A stretch of 64,000 bases of DNA from an uncultured Mycoplasmatota bacterium (GCA_947643405.1 CANRVY010000004.1:244-64243); one strand, 5' to 3'. Shown: positions 40,806-53,552, counted from the stretch's first letter. Numbers and translations: made by a program. Notes: generated from the letters alone by a model not told the origin.

Positions 40806-40880
40806 CCTTTCCACACATCCAGGTGTTTCAAAATTATGTTTAATTAAAGATTTACCGAAGTAAACCTTAATTAAAACGTA
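40806..40880 (-). promoter_or_regulatory. rpsL leader: hairpin plus CACCTGGATGTGTGG motif
   Basis: TTTAATTAA..TTTAC-TTCG-GTAAA..TTAATTAAA stem-loop, followed by a motif recalled upstream of rpsL in Bacilli. Confidence 0.5.
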
Positions 40881-40911
40881 CTATTACTATAGCACTTTTA
40901 TGCTTATTTTG

Positions 40912-41430
40912 TCAATAAAATTCATAATTATTTTTTAGAAATAGCAGAACTAAATTTTGAACTGTTTGCAACAACAATTCTTTTACAATTTTATCCTCTA
41001 ATAAATTGATAGAAAATGTCCTCTTTCCAGCTTGGTTCATACTAGCACCACAATGATAGATTTTCTTAGCATCTATTAAAATATATCTATCATGAAACGT
41101 ATCATCATAAACAATTTCTAAATTATGATATTGTTCTTGATATTTTTTGATATCCAATTCTTTTAATAGACCATTTTGTTTTACTATTAATATCACTTTT
41201 GTTTTTAGCCTTGAAATCATATCTAGTACTATTTTATCTGTATACCTATCAATAATAATTAATTCTTGTTTCGCCTCTATCATAATATCTAATAGCTTTG
41301 TGTCCATTAAAATAGATTTCATTTACTTTTCTTCTAGTTTTGAAAATGATGCTTGTAATATTTTAATATCCTCTGTATTTTTCATTACTTGATTGTTAAT
41401 ATATTTTTGTTCCATTTTTGCACTCATATA
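40912..41430 (-). pseudogene. Remnant of ORF6N/KilA-N-associated protein (C-terminal PLD-like domain)
   Basis: EQKYINNQVMKNTEDIKILQASF...(frameshift) NEIYFNG...(deletion) KQELIIIDRY...FHDRYILID...YHCGASMNQAGKRTF. Confidence 0.65.
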
Positions 41431-41604
41431 GCTTAGCTAAATCACAATCTAACATTACTTGTTTTCTCCTTACTTCATATATCATCTTTCTATATCTGTT
41501 TGTTCTTTTAATTCATACATACATACCACCACTTATAAACATCATACTTATTTTGTCTATAAAATCCTTAAAAGCATGAAAAAAGTTTCCTTTTTTGAAA
41601 ACTT

Positions 41605-42102
41605 TTATTCTATTTCAGCATCTAATCTTTCTAAATATCCTTTAGTTTTATATCTACTTCCACATTTTAAATAAGGACTATAAGTAACTTTATTTCTTTC
41701 TTTAATAAATGTTACATATCCTGAGCAAGTAACTTTTGAATCTTTAATATCATGGATTGGTTCTATATATTTATCACGAATTAATGATTTTATAGTGACA
41801 GTAATATTATCACCTTCTTGTAATTCATCTCCATAAATGGTTGCATTATATGCACTAGCTGCTTTTTCCATAGCTGCTTCTATATCCTTATAAGACTTGT
41901 ATTCTTTTTCTTCTTCATTTTGAACAGGTCTTTTTTGATCCGTAGAATTATTTGTACTATTGTTTCCCATAGACTCTGACAATCTTCTAAAATTACGATT
42001 AATTAAAGATACAATCAGCAATAAACAAAATAGTAGAACTCCTATTCCAACTAATAGTTCTTGTAATCCCCAACCTTTATTATCTAATTTCATAAGCATC
42101 AC
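41605..42102 (-). CDS. Prepilin-like hypothetical protein
   Basis: NKG-WGLQE followed by a hydrophobic stretch (class III signal-like); C-terminal Cys pair. Confidence 0.55.
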   Translation of the reverse strand: MMLMKLDNKGWGLQELLVGIGVLLFCLLLIVSLINRNFRRLSESMGNNSTNNSTDQKRPVQNEEEKEYKSYKDIEAAMEKAASAYNATIYGDELQEGDNITVTIKSLIRDKYIEPIHDIKDSKVTCSGYVTFIKERNKVTYSPYLKCGSRYKTKGYLERLDAEIE

Positions 42103-42774
42103 CTAAAATAAATTTCTTTCTTTAATATCTTCTTTAAAACTATATAATTTAGCAGGTCTTCCATTTCCACCCACATTTTTATCTCCAGTATCTTCAATTA
42201 AACCTAATGTAATAAATTTTTTTCTAAAATTTCTTCTATCCATAGTAACATTTAAGATTTGTTCATATGCTTTTTGTAATTCTGGAAGTGTAAAATCACT
42301 GGGGAATAAACTTTTTAAAACATTACTATTCACAATCTTCCTTCTTAAAAATTCAATGTTTTTCTTTAAAATTCGAGCATGGTCATAAGCCATTTTAGGA
42401 ATGTCTCCAATTTTAAACCAAGCTGTTTGTATATCATCTCTATCTTCTCTTTTAAAAAGCGCTGAAACATTATCAATTAAACCTATATAAGAAATAGCAA
42501 TAATACGATCATCTGGATCTCTATCTAAATTGCTAAAAATATGGCATTGTTCTAAATAAACATCTTTAAGCCCTAATTTTACTTCAATAGAATCTATAAT
42601 ATTCATTTCTATTGTTTCATCATTTGATACAATACCACCTGGCAAAATCCAGTATCCTCTATATGGTTCACTTTTTTTTCGAAGTAGCAATACTTTTACT
42701 TGACCTTGATCTATTGTAAAAATGCTTACTAAGCTTTCTAATATATTATAATATTTTCCAGGGTTAAAGTCCAT
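42103..42774 (-). CDS. nrtR: NrtR-family Nudix transcriptional regulator
   Basis: WILPGG, degenerate Nudix box, RDP, MAYDH, FTLPELQ, DRRNFRKK, GRPAKLY. Confidence 0.9.
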   Translation of the reverse strand: MDFNPGKYYNILESLVSIFTIDQGQVKVLLLRKKSEPYRGYWILPGGIVSNDETIEMNIIDSIEVKLGLKDVYLEQCHIFSNLDRDPDDRIIAISYIGLIDNVSALFKREDRDDIQTAWFKIGDIPKMAYDHARILKKNIEFLRRKIVNSNVLKSLFPSDFTLPELQKAYEQILNVTMDRRNFRKKFITLGLIEDTGDKNVGGNGRPAKLYSFKEDIKERNLF

Positions 42775-42787
42775 TTTATCACCCCTT

Positions 42788-42837
42788 TGTGTTAAATGTA
42801 CACAGTTAATTATAGTATAGTTAAAATAAATTGTCAA
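42788..42837 (-). promoter_or_regulatory. Consensus sigma70 promoter and NrtR-type operator
   Basis: TTGACA(42837-42832)-17-TATAAT(42814-42809); TGTGT-N7-ACACA (GT-N7-AC core) at 42788-42804. Confidence 0.8.
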
Positions 42838-42842
42838 ATAAA

Positions 42843-43625
42843 CTATTTATATAATTTATATTGATGGGGAGTCTCATGTAAATAAGGAATTGCTTCTAAT
42901 TCAGGCTTACTAATCATTGCAATAATTTCTTTAATAATCGGATCTATATCTGACCTTTTTTCCGCTTTTTTAGCAAATAAAAATTTACGTATTGGCATAC
43001 CTAATACTGATTCAAAATACATAAGCCATAAAGCTACTTTATCTGTTTCTTTTGAACTTCTTAAATAAGTGGCTTGATTATAACGATTCCAAAGTTGTCT
43101 TCTACTATAAATTTGTAAAATGTTAGATATTGTATAACTCTCTATCCCATCTATTTTCCAGCTATCTACATCAACAAATATTGGAAATTCATTATCGACA
43201 ATTATAATATTAGTATAATAAAAATCTGATACTACAATTCCATAGCGTTCATGCAGTTCTTTTAACGTTTCACTAATCCTTTGATAAACTTTTAATACTA
43301 ATCTAGGATGACTTTCATTTTGTTTTGTCCATTCATCTAGTCTGACACCATTTTCTAAATATGCCATCCAAAATCCAATTTTGTTTTTATGAGGAACAAA
43401 AACCAATTCTTCTGGTATAGCGGCTATTTTATTTAATTCATTTTGAGTCATTAAATATTTTAATAATATTTTCTTTTCTTCTATTCCATGATAAAGAGCA
43501 TAATTAAAAAGAAGCTTTAAAATTTTTTCTTTATCAGGAGATAAATATAATGTTCCATCTGTACCACCCAATGGAATTGGGATTAGATTCTTCCACTCTG
43601 GCTTTTCTATTATTGTATAATTCAT
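42843..43625 (-). CDS. Protein kinase-like domain protein
   Basis: LGGTDGTLY, ILK, VVSDFYYTNII, FVDVDS, TDK. Confidence 0.65.
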   Translation of the reverse strand: MNYTIIEKPEWKNLIPIPLGGTDGTLYLSPDKEKILKLLFNYALYHGIEEKKILLKYLMTQNELNKIAAIPEELVFVPHKNKIGFWMAYLENGVRLDEWTKQNESHPRLVLKVYQRISETLKELHERYGIVVSDFYYTNIIIVDNEFPIFVDVDSWKIDGIESYTISNILQIYSRRQLWNRYNQATYLRSSKETDKVALWLMYFESVLGMPIRKFLFAKKAEKRSDIDPIIKEIIAMISKPELEAIPYLHETPHQYKLYK

Positions 43626-43705
43626 ATTTATCTCCTTTCTAATGTTTATTATATTAGCACAATTTATTAAAAATTCAAAGAAAAAAGGAATAACAAAAGT
43701 ATCCC

Positions 43706-46700
43706 TTAATCCATTAATTCTTGTTCTAATGCTTCTAAAGGTTCATCCTTTAGCATATCCAATTCTAGATCATAATCAGCATCTTTATACTTACGGGCTC
43801 CTGTTCCTGCTGGAATTAATTTTCCAATGATAACATTTTCTTTAAGTCCATTTAAGTAATCTACTCTACCATGAATTGCTGCATCTGTTAAAATGCGTGT
43901 TGTTTCTTGGAAGGAAGCTGCTGATAAGAAAGAATCTGTTTCTAAAGAAGCTTTGGTAATACCAAGTAATACTGGTCTACCTGTAGCTGGTCTTTTTCCT
44001 TCTAAAATTAATCCTTTATTAACATCTGTAAATTCATTAATATTTACCATTGTTCCTGGTAAGAAAATAGTATCTCCACTATTGATAATCTTGATTTTTG
44101 AAATCATACGCTTTGCAATAATTTCAACGTGTTTATCACTAATATCAACACCTTGTGAACGATAAACTTTTTGAATTTCCAATAAAATATATTGTTGAAC
44201 TGTAATTGGATCTGTTACAACCAATAACTCTTTTGGACTAATTGCACCATGTGTTAAACGATCTCCTGCTCGAACTTCTGCTCCTTTTTCTACAGCTAAT
44301 TTTGCGCCATAATTAGAAGTATGTTCTCTGGTTTCAACATCATTTTGAACACTAATGACAAACTTCCCACCATCTTCTTCTATCTTCGTTACAACACCAT
44401 TGATTTCAGAAATGGTTGCTTTCCCTTTTGGATTACGTGCTTCAAATAGTTCCTGTACACGAGGAAGACCCTGTGTAATATCGTCTCCAGCAACTCCTCC
44501 AGTGTTGAAAGTTCTCATGGTTAACTGAGTACCTGGTTCTCCAATTGATTGGGCAGCCATAATTCCAACGGCTTCTCCAGTTTCTACAATAGCACCTGTT
44601 GCAAGATTACGTCCGTAGCACTTTCTACAAACTCCATGTTCTGTTTTACAAGTAAGAACTGTTCGGATTGGTACTTTTGTAATTCCTGCTGCAATTATTT
44701 TATCTGCCAATTGTTCTGTAATATAAGTATTTCTTTCTGCTAACACTTCTTCTGTTTCAGGATTTAAGATACGCTTATTTGTATAACGTCCTACAATACG
44801 ATCATAAAGAGATTCAATAACTGTATTGTCTTTTGCATTCACAAAGGCTTCTACAACTACTCCTTGGTCCGTTCCACAATCTTCTTCTTTGACAATAATA
44901 TCCTGTGATACATCAACAAGACGTCTTGTTAAGTAACCAGCATCAGCTGTTTTTAATGCTGTATCAACGGCACCTTTACGTGCACCATGGGTTGATAAGA
45001 AGAATTCTGAAATTGTCACACCTTCACTAAATGATGATGTTACAGGGATTTCTTCTGAAAGTCCACTTGGTTTGGCAAAAAGTCCACGCATACCAACTAA
45101 CTGAGTTAAAGAACCAATATCTCCACGAGCTTTACTATTAATCATAATTGCAATTGAGTTATCTTGGTCATCTTTCATCATTTGTTCTAGCTCTTTACTA
45201 ATGCGTTTTTTAGCTTCAGTCCAAATATCGATTACTTTTTCATAACGTTCCATATCAGTAATCAATCCACGTTTAAATTGTTTATTTACTTGGTCAACCA
45301 AATCTTGACTTTCTTTTAATACTTGTGGCTTAATTTCACTTTCTTTGATATCACTAATTGCAATTGAAATTCCTGATAAAGTAGAATATTTAAATCCTAA
45401 ATCTTTTAATTTATCAAGCATAACTGAAGTTTCAGTTGTTTGATAACGTTTATATATTTGAGCAATTAAAGCTGTCAATTTTCCTTTATTTAAAGCTTCT
45501 ACCAAAGGCATTTCTTTTACTTTTTCTGGAATGTTTTCTCCTCTAGCAATAAAGTATTTACTTGGCGTAATCTTTTCAATATTTTCAGCACTTCCATCAT
45601 TGATATATTGGAAAGAATCTGGAAATATTTCATTAAATTTTAATTTTCCAACTGTTGTTACCAAATATTTATCCATGTAACAATCTGGGAATATCTTATG
45701 ACGGAAAGCACGAACTGGAATTGCAATACGAGTATGTAAATCCACTTCTCTTCTTTCATAAGCCATTAATGCTTCATCTGGGTCTTTGAAAACTCTTCCT
45801 TCTCCCTCATGTCCTGCTTTTTCCATTGTAATATAGTAATTTCCTAATACCATATCCTGTCCTGGAGTAACAATTGGTTTTCCATCTTTTGGCGACAAGA
45901 TATTATTTGCACCTAACATTAAAATTCTTGCTTCTGCTTGAGCTTCTTCACTAATTGGTACGTGAACTGCCATTTGGTCTCCATCGAAGTCAGCGTTGAA
46001 TGCGGCGCACACTAATGGGTGAAGTCTAATCGCACGTCCACCAATTAATTTTGGTTCAAATGCTTGAATACCAAGTCTGTGCAAAGTTGGTGCACGGTTC
46101 AGCATGACTGGGTGTTCTTTTATCTTTTCTTCTACAACATCCCATACTCTCTCATCTTGATTTTCAATCATTCTTTTGGCTGCTTTAATATTGCTTGCAA
46201 TCTCTTTTGTAACTAACCCATTAATAACATGTGGCTTAAATAGTTCCAGTGCCATTTCCTTTGGAATTCCGCATTCATACATTTTTAAAGATGGTCCTAC
46301 AACGATAACAGAACGACCTGAATAGTCAACACGTTTTCCAAGTAAGTTTTGACGGAAACGTCCTTGCTTTCCTTTTAACATACTACTAATAGATTTTAAA
46401 GGCCTATTTCCAGCTCCTGTAATATTTCTTCCACGTCTACCATTATCAAATAAAGCGTCTACGGCTTCTTGTAACATACGTTTTTCATTTTGAATAATGA
46501 TACTTGGAGCACCTAAATCCATTAATTTTTTTAGACGATTATTACGATTAATTACACGACGATATAAATCGTTTAAATCAGATGTAGCAAATCTTCCACC
46601 ATCTAATTGAATCATTGGTCGAAGTTCTGGTGGAATGACTGGTAGTGCATCTAAAATCATCCATTCTGGACGGTTTCCAGATTCTAAAAATGCATCTAAT

Positions 46701-47341
46701 ACATCCAAACGTTTGATTAAACGAATTCTTTTTTGACTACTAGAATCTTTGATAGATTCAATCTCTGCTTTTATATCTGCTACTTCTTTTTCTAAATCTA
46801 CTTCCTCTAACAATTCTTTGATAGCTTCTGCTCCCATACCGACTCTGAAACTACTTCCATATTTTTCATAATAAGCACGGTATTCTTTATCACTAATAGT
46901 TTGTTTTTTTTCTAAAGGAGCTGCTCCTGGGTCAAGAATAACATAAGATACAAAGTATAATACTTCCTCTAAATCTCTAGGAGACATATCTAGCACCAAT
47001 CCCATACGAGATGGTATTCCTTTAAAGAACCAAATATGAGAGCAAGGAGTAGCTAACTCAATATGTCCCATACGTTCACGGCGAACTTTTGAACGAGTTA
47101 CTTCTACTCCACAACGGTCACAGACAATATTTTTATAACGAAGCCTTTTATATTTTCCACAAGAACATTCAAAGTCTTTTGTTGGACCAAATATTTTTTC
47201 ACAGAATAATCCATCGCGTTCTGGTTTTAAAGTACGATAGTTAATTGTTTCTGCTTTTTTAACTTCCCCATAAGACCAAGATCTTATTTTTTCTGGAGAG
47301 GCAATTGCTATTTTTAACCCTTCAAAGTTATTTACATCCAT
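43706..47341 (-). CDS. rpoC: RNA polymerase beta' subunit
   Basis: [18 protein letters not shown]. Confidence 0.99.
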   Translation of the reverse strand: MDVNNFEGLKIAIASPEKIRSWSYGEVKKAETINYRTLKPERDGLFCEKIFGPTKDFECSCGKYKRLRYKNIVCDRCGVEVTRSKVRRERMGHIELATPCSHIWFFKGIPSRMGLVLDMSPRDLEEVLYFVSYVILDPGAAPLEKKQTISDKEYRAYYEKYGSSFRVGMGAEAIKELLEEVDLEKEVADIKAEIESIKDSSSQKRIRLIKRLDVLDAFLESGNRPEWMILDALPVIPPELRPMIQLDGGRFATSDLNDLYRRVINRNNRLKKLMDLGAPSIIIQNEKRMLQEAVDALFDNGRRGRNITGAGNRPLKSISSMLKGKQGRFRQNLLGKRVDYSGRSVIVVGPSLKMYECGIPKEMALELFKPHVINGLVTKEIASNIKAAKRMIENQDERVWDVVEEKIKEHPVMLNRAPTLHRLGIQAFEPKLIGGRAIRLHPLVCAAFNADFDGDQMAVHVPISEEAQAEARILMLGANNILSPKDGKPIVTPGQDMVLGNYYITMEKAGHEGEGRVFKDPDEALMAYERREVDLHTRIAIPVRAFRHKIFPDCYMDKYLVTTVGKLKFNEIFPDSFQYINDGSAENIEKITPSKYFIARGENIPEKVKEMPLVEALNKGKLTALIAQIYKRYQTTETSVMLDKLKDLGFKYSTLSGISIAISDIKESEIKPQVLKESQDLVDQVNKQFKRGLITDMERYEKVIDIWTEAKKRISKELEQMMKDDQDNSIAIMINSKARGDIGSLTQLVGMRGLFAKPSGLSEEIPVTSSFSEGVTISEFFLSTHGARKGAVDTALKTADAGYLTRRLVDVSQDIIVKEEDCGTDQGVVVEAFVNAKDNTVIESLYDRIVGRYTNKRILNPETEEVLAERNTYITEQLADKIIAAGITKVPIRTVLTCKTEHGVCRKCYGRNLATGAIVETGEAVGIMAAQSIGEPGTQLTMRTFNTGGVAGDDITQGLPRVQELFEARNPKGKATISEINGVVTKIEEDGGKFVISVQNDVETREHTSNYGAKLAVEKGAEVRAGDRLTHGAISPKELLVVTDPITVQQYILLEIQKVYRSQGVDISDKHVEIIAKRMISKIKIINSGDTIFLPGTMVNINEFTDVNKGLILEGKRPATGRPVLLGITKASLETDSFLSAASFQETTRILTDAAIHGRVDYLNGLKENVIIGKLIPAGTGARKYKDADYDLELDMLKDEPLEALEQELMD

Positions 47342-47343
47342 TG

Positions 47344-50300
47344 TTATTCCTCCTCCATCTCATCAAAATCTTCATCTGCTTCTTCTAAATTGTCTTCAAA
47401 TTCTTCTTCATAATCATCATCGATATCATCAGAGTCAGCATCTAAATCATCATCATAACCAACATGCCCATCTGCTGCATCTCCTTCGACAACATTTACA
47501 TCAATTGATTTTGGGGCTTCTACTCTATCCTCAAAACCATCTTTATCATCTTCTTCTAAGTCTTTTAATTCTTGGAAGTTACCGTCTTTATCTAAAACGG
47601 TAATATCAAGTCCTAAAGCCTGGAATTCTTTAATTAATACTCTAAAGCTTTCTGGAATTCCAGAAGTTGGAATTGGTTGACCTTTTACCAATGCTTCATA
47701 TACTTTCACACGACCTACTACATCATCTGATTTAATCGTAATCATTTCTTGAAGTACATGAGCAGCACCATACGCATAAAGTGCCCAAACTTCCATTTCT
47801 CCAAATCTCTGACCACCAAATTGTGCTTTTCCTCCTAGAGGTTGTTGTGTTACTAGAGAGTATGGTCCAGTTGAACGAGCATGTAATTTATCATCAACCA
47901 TGTGGTGAAGTTTAATCATATACATAACCCCAACACTGACACGGTTATCAAATGGCTCTCCTGTACGTCCATCATAAAGTTGGAATTTCCCATCTTCTGG
48001 CAAATTTGCTTCTTTTAAAGCATCAATAATTTCAGTTCGACTAGCACCATCAAATACTGGTGTTGCTACATAAATTCCTAGTTCCTTAGCTGCCATTCCC
48101 AAATGCATTTCTAGAATTTGTCCAATGTTCATACGGCTTGGTACTCCTAATGGGTTTAACAAAATATCCACTGGTGTTCCATCCTCTAAATATGGCATAT
48201 CTTCTTCTGGTAAAATAAGGGAAATAACACCTTTGTTACCATGTCTACCTGCCATTTTATCTCCAACACTAATCTTACGCTTTTGAGCAATATAAACACG
48301 TACAATCTTTGATACACCTGCTGGGAGTTCATCTGTATCTTCTTTGGTAAAGATTTTTACATCATGAACAATTCCTTCTCCACCATGTGGAACGCGTAAA
48401 GAGGTATCTCTTACTTCTCTTGTTTTTTCTCCAAAAATTGCATGTAACAATTTTTCTTCACTCGTTAATTCTGCCATTCCTTTTGGAGTCACTTTTCCAA
48501 CTAAGATATCATCATCTTTTACTTCAGTACCAATTCTAACAATACCATTATCATCCAAGTTTTTACGCGCTTCTTCACTCACGTTTGGAATATCTCTTGT
48601 AAATTCCTCTGGCCCTAGTTTGGTATCACGACATTCGATTTGATAATCTTCAATATGAATTGATGTATAAACATCATCTTTTACAAGTCTTTCATTTAAA
48701 ATAACAGCATCTTCATAGTTATATCCATTGTAGTTCATAAATGCTACTACAACATTTCTTCCAAGTGCCATTTCTCCTTTTTCAGTAGATGGTCCATCAG
48801 CAATGACTTCTCCTCTTTCTACTTTATCCCCAAGTTTTACGATTGGAACTTGATGATAACAAGTACCTGCATTGCTTCTTTCAAATCCATTTAAATAATA
48901 AGTATCCATTCCACCCATTGTTTTTACAATGATTTTTTTAGAGTCAACATAGTCTACTGTTCCTGTCGCTTTTGCAATCACAACTGCTCCTGAGTCTCTC
49001 GCAGCTATTGCTTCTACACCAGTTCCAACAAGCGGAGCTTCTGCTTTTAATAGTGGGATTGCCTGACGCTGCATGTTAGCACCCATCAATGCTCTTTTTC
49101 CATCATCATGTTCAAGGAAAGGAATTCCTTGTGTTGTAATAGAAACAACTTGTTGTGGAGAGACATCAATATAATCTACTTGTTCAGAATTTACGATTAA
49201 GTTTTCTCCACGATAACGTACTGGTACACGTTCTGGAACAATTACATTTTCATCATCTACTTTTACTGTAGCTTGTGAAATATAATGTTCTAGTTCTTCA
49301 TCAGCCGTCATGTAAACAATTTCATCTGTTAAATGTTTGTTATCCACTTTACGATATGGAGTCATAATAAATCCATAATCATTTACTCTTGCATAGCTAG
49401 CTAGAGAAGTAATAAGTCCAATGTTTGGTCCTTCTGGAGATTCAATTGGACAAAGTCTACCATAGTGTGATGGATTAACGTCACGAACTTCCATCCCAGC
49501 GCGATCTCTAGAAAGCCCTCCAGGTCCTAAACTTGATAAACGACGTTTGTTTGTAAGCTCCGCTACTGGGTTTGTTTGATCCATAAATTGTGATAACTGA
49601 CTACTTCCAAAGAATTCTTTGATAGAAGCAGTTAATGGTCTAATATTAATTAATGATTTTGGAGTTACTTCTGTAATTTCTTGAGTTGACATTCTATCTC
49701 TAATAACTCTCTCAATACGACTAATTCCTATTCTAAATTGGTTTTGTAATAATTCTCCTACTTGACGAACACGACGATTTGATAAATGGTCAATTTCATC
49801 GTAAGATCCTATTCCTTCAAGTAAATTTAAATAATAAGATACTGAAGCATAAACATCTGAAATCGTTAAGCGTTTTACTGTAGCACTTTGATCATTTCCA
49901 ATAATTTTAACAATTTTCTCTGGATTTTTCTTAGAATATACTTTTACAATTTGGACTTTGTTATAAGTATCTAAATCAGTATTTACCAATACTTCTTTTA
50001 TTCCATAGCCTTGATCCATAATTGGTTTTAAAGTTTCTAAGATTTCTTTTGTTACAACTGTATCTTTTGCTACAATTACTTCTTTATTTACTTTGATATC
50101 TTCAGCTAAAGTACATCCAAGTAAACGATCTAATACATTTAATTTACGATTAAATTTATAACGTCCAACTTTCGCCAAATCATAACGAAAAGCATCAAAA
50201 AATCTAGAAACAAGTTGGTTCTTCGCACTATCTAGAGTAGATGGTTCTCCAGGTCTTAATTTAGAATGGATATCGATAAGCGCTTCATCGGTATTTTTGT

Positions 50301-50979
50301 TAGCATCTTTTTCAATCGTCCTAGTTAAATAATCATCTTCTCCAAATAAATCGTAAATATCTTCGTCATTAGAAAGTCCTAAAGCACGAAGTAATGTTGT
50401 GATTGGTACCTTTCTAGTACGGTCAATACGAACATAAATAACATCTCTAGCATCTGTTTCATATTCTAACCAAGTACCTCTTGTTGGGATAATTTGTGAA
50501 GTGATAACAAGTTTTCCATTTTTTTTGTCCACTTCTTTTCCAAAATAAACACTAGGGGAACGAACCAATTGTGAAACAATAACACGTTCTGCTCCGTTTA
50601 TAATAAATGTTCCACTATCAGTCATAATCGGCATATCTCCAAGATAAATATCTTGTTCTTTTACCTCTCCTGTTTCTCCATTAAATAATCTTGCTGCCAC
50701 TTTTAAAGGTGCTGCATATGTTGCATATCTTTCTTTGCATCCTTTAATTGAATATCTTGGTGATTCAAAAGAGTATTCTCCAAATTCAAGCGATAAATTT
50801 CCAGTAAAACTTTCTACTGGAAAAATGTCATCAAATACTTCTTTAATTCCTTCTGTCATAAACCAATCATATGACTTCTTTTGAATTTCTAATAAATTTT
50901 CAAGTTCAATTGCATTTTTTGTTTTTGCGTAATTACGTCTTTCACGGTGATCACCATATTTTTTAACTGTATAAGCCAC
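47344..50979 (-). CDS. rpoB: RNA polymerase beta subunit
   Basis: [21 protein letters not shown]; GTG start at 50979 after RBS GGGGTG; acidic tail. Confidence 0.99.
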   Translation of the reverse strand: MAYTVKKYGDHRERRNYAKTKNAIELENLLEIQKKSYDWFMTEGIKEVFDDIFPVESFTGNLSLEFGEYSFESPRYSIKGCKERYATYAAPLKVAARLFNGETGEVKEQDIYLGDMPIMTDSGTFIINGAERVIVSQLVRSPSVYFGKEVDKKNGKLVITSQIIPTRGTWLEYETDARDVIYVRIDRTRKVPITTLLRALGLSNDEDIYDLFGEDDYLTRTIEKDANKNTDEALIDIHSKLRPGEPSTLDSAKNQLVSRFFDAFRYDLAKVGRYKFNRKLNVLDRLLGCTLAEDIKVNKEVIVAKDTVVTKEILETLKPIMDQGYGIKEVLVNTDLDTYNKVQIVKVYSKKNPEKIVKIIGNDQSATVKRLTISDVYASVSYYLNLLEGIGSYDEIDHLSNRRVRQVGELLQNQFRIGISRIERVIRDRMSTQEITEVTPKSLINIRPLTASIKEFFGSSQLSQFMDQTNPVAELTNKRRLSSLGPGGLSRDRAGMEVRDVNPSHYGRLCPIESPEGPNIGLITSLASYARVNDYGFIMTPYRKVDNKHLTDEIVYMTADEELEHYISQATVKVDDENVIVPERVPVRYRGENLIVNSEQVDYIDVSPQQVVSITTQGIPFLEHDDGKRALMGANMQRQAIPLLKAEAPLVGTGVEAIAARDSGAVVIAKATGTVDYVDSKKIIVKTMGGMDTYYLNGFERSNAGTCYHQVPIVKLGDKVERGEVIADGPSTEKGEMALGRNVVVAFMNYNGYNYEDAVILNERLVKDDVYTSIHIEDYQIECRDTKLGPEEFTRDIPNVSEEARKNLDDNGIVRIGTEVKDDDILVGKVTPKGMAELTSEEKLLHAIFGEKTREVRDTSLRVPHGGEGIVHDVKIFTKEDTDELPAGVSKIVRVYIAQKRKISVGDKMAGRHGNKGVISLILPEEDMPYLEDGTPVDILLNPLGVPSRMNIGQILEMHLGMAAKELGIYVATPVFDGASRTEIIDALKEANLPEDGKFQLYDGRTGEPFDNRVSVGVMYMIKLHHMVDDKLHARSTGPYSLVTQQPLGGKAQFGGQRFGEMEVWALYAYGAAHVLQEMITIKSDDVVGRVKVYEALVKGQPIPTSGIPESFRVLIKEFQALGLDITVLDKDGNFQELKDLEEDDKDGFEDRVEAPKSIDVNVVEGDAADGHVGYDDDLDADSDDIDDDYEEEFEDNLEEADEDFDEMEEE

Positions 50980-51076
50980 TCTTTTCACCCCTATAACCTA
51001 TATTGACTATGCATGCATGCACGAAAAAACAGTACATGCCACCAATTTAAAATTTTACCAAAAATATGTAATTCTG

Positions 51077-51661
51077 TCAACGCCTCTTGGCACAAATTAC
51101 ATAAAAACCTTTATTTTTTGTAATTAGCTCTGCATCATATATTTGGTTCAAATCTTTTAGTAATGTTTTAGCACCTTGATCTTTATGAACAACAAGCCAA
51201 AGTTCTCCTTTAACTTTCAGGTGTTCTTTTGCTCCCATTAAAATATGATACAATATTTTTTTTCCTACTCGTATTGGTGGATTTGTAATAATAAAATCAT
51301 ATTCTTTTTTTATATTTTCATAAATATTACTTTCAAATATCCTCACATTCACACTATTTTTAGAAGCGTTTTTTGATGCCAATGCAAGGCTTCTTTTATT
51401 GATATCAACCATATCAATTTCGCATTGATACTTCTTTTTTAAAAAAATTCCAATTGCTCCATATCCACATCCAAAATCTAATATTTCCCCACTGATATAT
51501 TCTGGCAAAGCTTCTAGTAATGTCCTTGTTCCAAAATCCAATCCTTTTTTTGAAAATACTCCATTATCTGTTGTAAAAACAAACGACAATCCTGCAATAT
51601 TTACTTGATGGTCTTTTTTATTTGTTTTTACACTTTCATCATTCGAAAAATAATATGACAT
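51077..51661 (-). CDS. Class I SAM methyltransferase (RsmC/YbxB-like)
   Basis: GVFS, LDFGCGYG, TNPPIRVGK; conserved position upstream of rpoB. Confidence 0.9.
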   Translation of the reverse strand: MSYYFSNDESVKTNKKDHQVNIAGLSFVFTTDNGVFSKKGLDFGTRTLLEALPEYISGEILDFGCGYGAIGIFLKKKYQCEIDMVDINKRSLALASKNASKNSVNVRIFESNIYENIKKEYDFIITNPPIRVGKKILYHILMGAKEHLKVKGELWLVVHKDQGAKTLLKDLNQIYDAELITKNKGFYVICAKRR

Positions 51662-51731
51662 AATAACTCCTTTTATATACGGCGAAAGCCCATACTAAAT
51701 TAGTATAGGCTAAAACCATTTATGATTGCAA

Positions 51732-52100
51732 TTATTTTAATTCGATAGTAGCGCCAGCTTCTTCGAATTTAGCTTTTAATTCATTAGCTTCATCAGAAGT
51801 AGCTTTTTCTTTTACAACTCCACCATTATCAGCTAAATCTTTAGCTTCTTTTAATCCTAGACCAGTAATGTCACGAACTAATTTGATAACAGCAATTTTG
51901 TTAGCACCAGCATTTGCAAGAACTACGTCTACTGTGCTTGGTCCTTCTTCTGTAGCAGCACCTGCTGGAGCAGCAGCAACTGCAACTGCACTTGGATCTA
52001 CACCAAATTCTTCTTTCATTAAATCTACTACTTCTTTAATTTCTAAAAGTGTCATTTCTTTTAGTGAATCAATAATTTCTTTTGCGCTTAATTTTGCCAT
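51732..52100 (-). CDS. rplL: 50S ribosomal protein L7/L12
   Basis: KIAVIKLVR, GLGLKEAK. Confidence 0.98.
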   Translation of the reverse strand: MAKLSAKEIIDSLKEMTLLEIKEVVDLMKEEFGVDPSAVAVAAAPAGAATEEGPSTVDVVLANAGANKIAVIKLVRDITGLGLKEAKDLADNGGVVKEKATSDEANELKAKFEEAGATIELK

Positions 52101-52120
52101 TTTATATTCCTCCTTTTAAA

Positions 52121-52618
52121 TTATTTTTCTTCTAAATTTTTGCTATGTAAATCTAAGCAGATTGAGAAATCTCTTGGAATTGCTAACAATCCACTTGCAA
52201 ACATAGTAAGTAAACCTTCTCTTGATGGAATAGCTGCAAGTTTTTTTAACATTGCCTCATCAGCCACTTCTCCATCTATAATTCCAACTTTTAATACCAA
52301 AGCTGGATGTTCTTTTGCATAGTCATTAAGTACTTTGATTGGAGCAACTGCATCTGTTCCAAAAGCGATTGCTTTAGGTCCATTTAGTTCTTCATCTAAA
52401 GCTGTAATTTTAAGAGCATCTAATGCACGACGTGCTAAAGTGTTCTTATAGATTTTAAAATCAGATCCTGATTCTCTAAGTTTTCTTCTTAACTCATTTG
52501 TTTCAGTAACTGTTAATCCATGATATTCAAAGAATACAACACTTGATGATTCTTTTACTCTATCACTGATTTCGTTGATGATCTCTTGTTTTTGATCTAA
52601 GATCTTTTGATTTGCCAT
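52121..52618 (-). CDS. rplJ: 50S ribosomal protein L10
   Basis: YHGLTV, KNTLARRA, PSREGLL. Confidence 0.97.
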   Translation of the reverse strand: MANQKILDQKQEIINEISDRVKESSSVVFFEYHGLTVTETNELRRKLRESGSDFKIYKNTLARRALDALKITALDEELNGPKAIAFGTDAVAPIKVLNDYAKEHPALVLKVGIIDGEVADEAMLKKLAAIPSREGLLTMFASGLLAIPRDFSICLDLHSKNLEEK

Positions 52619-52651
52619 ATTACACCTCCTCTATTTTGTGTAATACCGTAT

Positions 52652-52748
52652 AAAAAGAGTCTACACTTTACCGTAAGACTCTTTATGTTTTAAAAACTTC
52701 CTCGGTAGGAAATATTAAGCTTTAAAGCTCCTACTGTCTACGGTATTT
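52652..52748 (-). promoter_or_regulatory. L10 leader
   Basis: CCGTAGACAGTAGG...TTAA...CCTACCGAGG followed by terminator AAAGAGTCT/AGACTCTTTT. Confidence 0.85.
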
Positions 52749-52789
52749 ATTCTTTTTTCAAAAGCGACTATAGTATAACACAGTTATTA

Positions 52790-53485
52790 CTAAATGTCAA
52801 AACTATTTGTATCAATTTTAATTCCAGGACCCATTGTTGATGAAACTGATATATTTTTAATATATGTTCCTTTAACAACAGATGGTTTTGTTTTAATAAT
52901 TAATGATACGAAAGCATTTAAATTTTCTACTAATTTGCTGTCATCAAATGATGTTTTTCCGATAATAACATGTACATTACCATAACTGTCTGTACGATAT
53001 TCTACGCGTCCTTTTTTAACATCTTCTACCGCTTTGGCTACATCCATAGTAACAGTTCCTGTTTTAGGGTTTGGCATTAAACCTTTAGGTCCTAAAACAC
53101 GTCCTAATTTACCAAGAGCTGGCATCATATCAGGAGTTGCTATCATAGTATCAAAATCGAACCAATTTTCTTTTTCGATTTTTGTAATCATGTCCATTTC
53201 TCCAACATAATCAGCACCCGCTGCTTCTGCTGCTTTGGCTTGTTCTCCCTTAGCAATTACTAAAACTTTTTTAGTTTTTCCTGTTCCATTTGGAAGTACT
53301 GTAGCACCTCTTAATTGTTGATCTGCTTTTTTAGTGTCCAAATTTAAACGGATTGCTAATTCAACAGAACCATCAAATTTTGTTACAGCTGTTTCTTTTA
53401 CTAATTTAATTGCTTCTTCTTTTGTATAAAGTTTGTTCTTCTCTACTTTTTTAGCAGCTTCTACATACTTTTTACCTTTTTTCAT
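52790..53485 (-). CDS. rplA: 50S ribosomal protein L1
   Basis: [21 protein letters not shown]. Confidence 0.98.
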   Translation of the reverse strand: MKKGKKYVEAAKKVEKNKLYTKEEAIKLVKETAVTKFDGSVELAIRLNLDTKKADQQLRGATVLPNGTGKTKKVLVIAKGEQAKAAEAAGADYVGEMDMITKIEKENWFDFDTMIATPDMMPALGKLGRVLGPKGLMPNPKTGTVTMDVAKAVEDVKKGRVEYRTDSYGNVHVIIGKTSFDDSKLVENLNAFVSLIIKTKPSVVKGTYIKNISVSSTMGPGIKIDTNSFDI

Positions 53486-53499
53486 TTTTTTACCTCCTT

Positions 53500-53532
53500 A
53501 TGTGGTGTATGCGGACTAATTTCCTCCCACAT
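53500..53532 (-). promoter_or_regulatory. L1-binding site before rplA
   Basis: TGTGGGAGG...CCACA hairpin directly before the RBS. Confidence 0.7.
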
Positions 53533-53552
53533 AGGTATTCCCTATGTATTTA

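Noticed and set aside
47344-47480. Highly acidic RpoB C-terminal tail
   Set aside because: Common in Firmicutes RpoB; low-complexity only.
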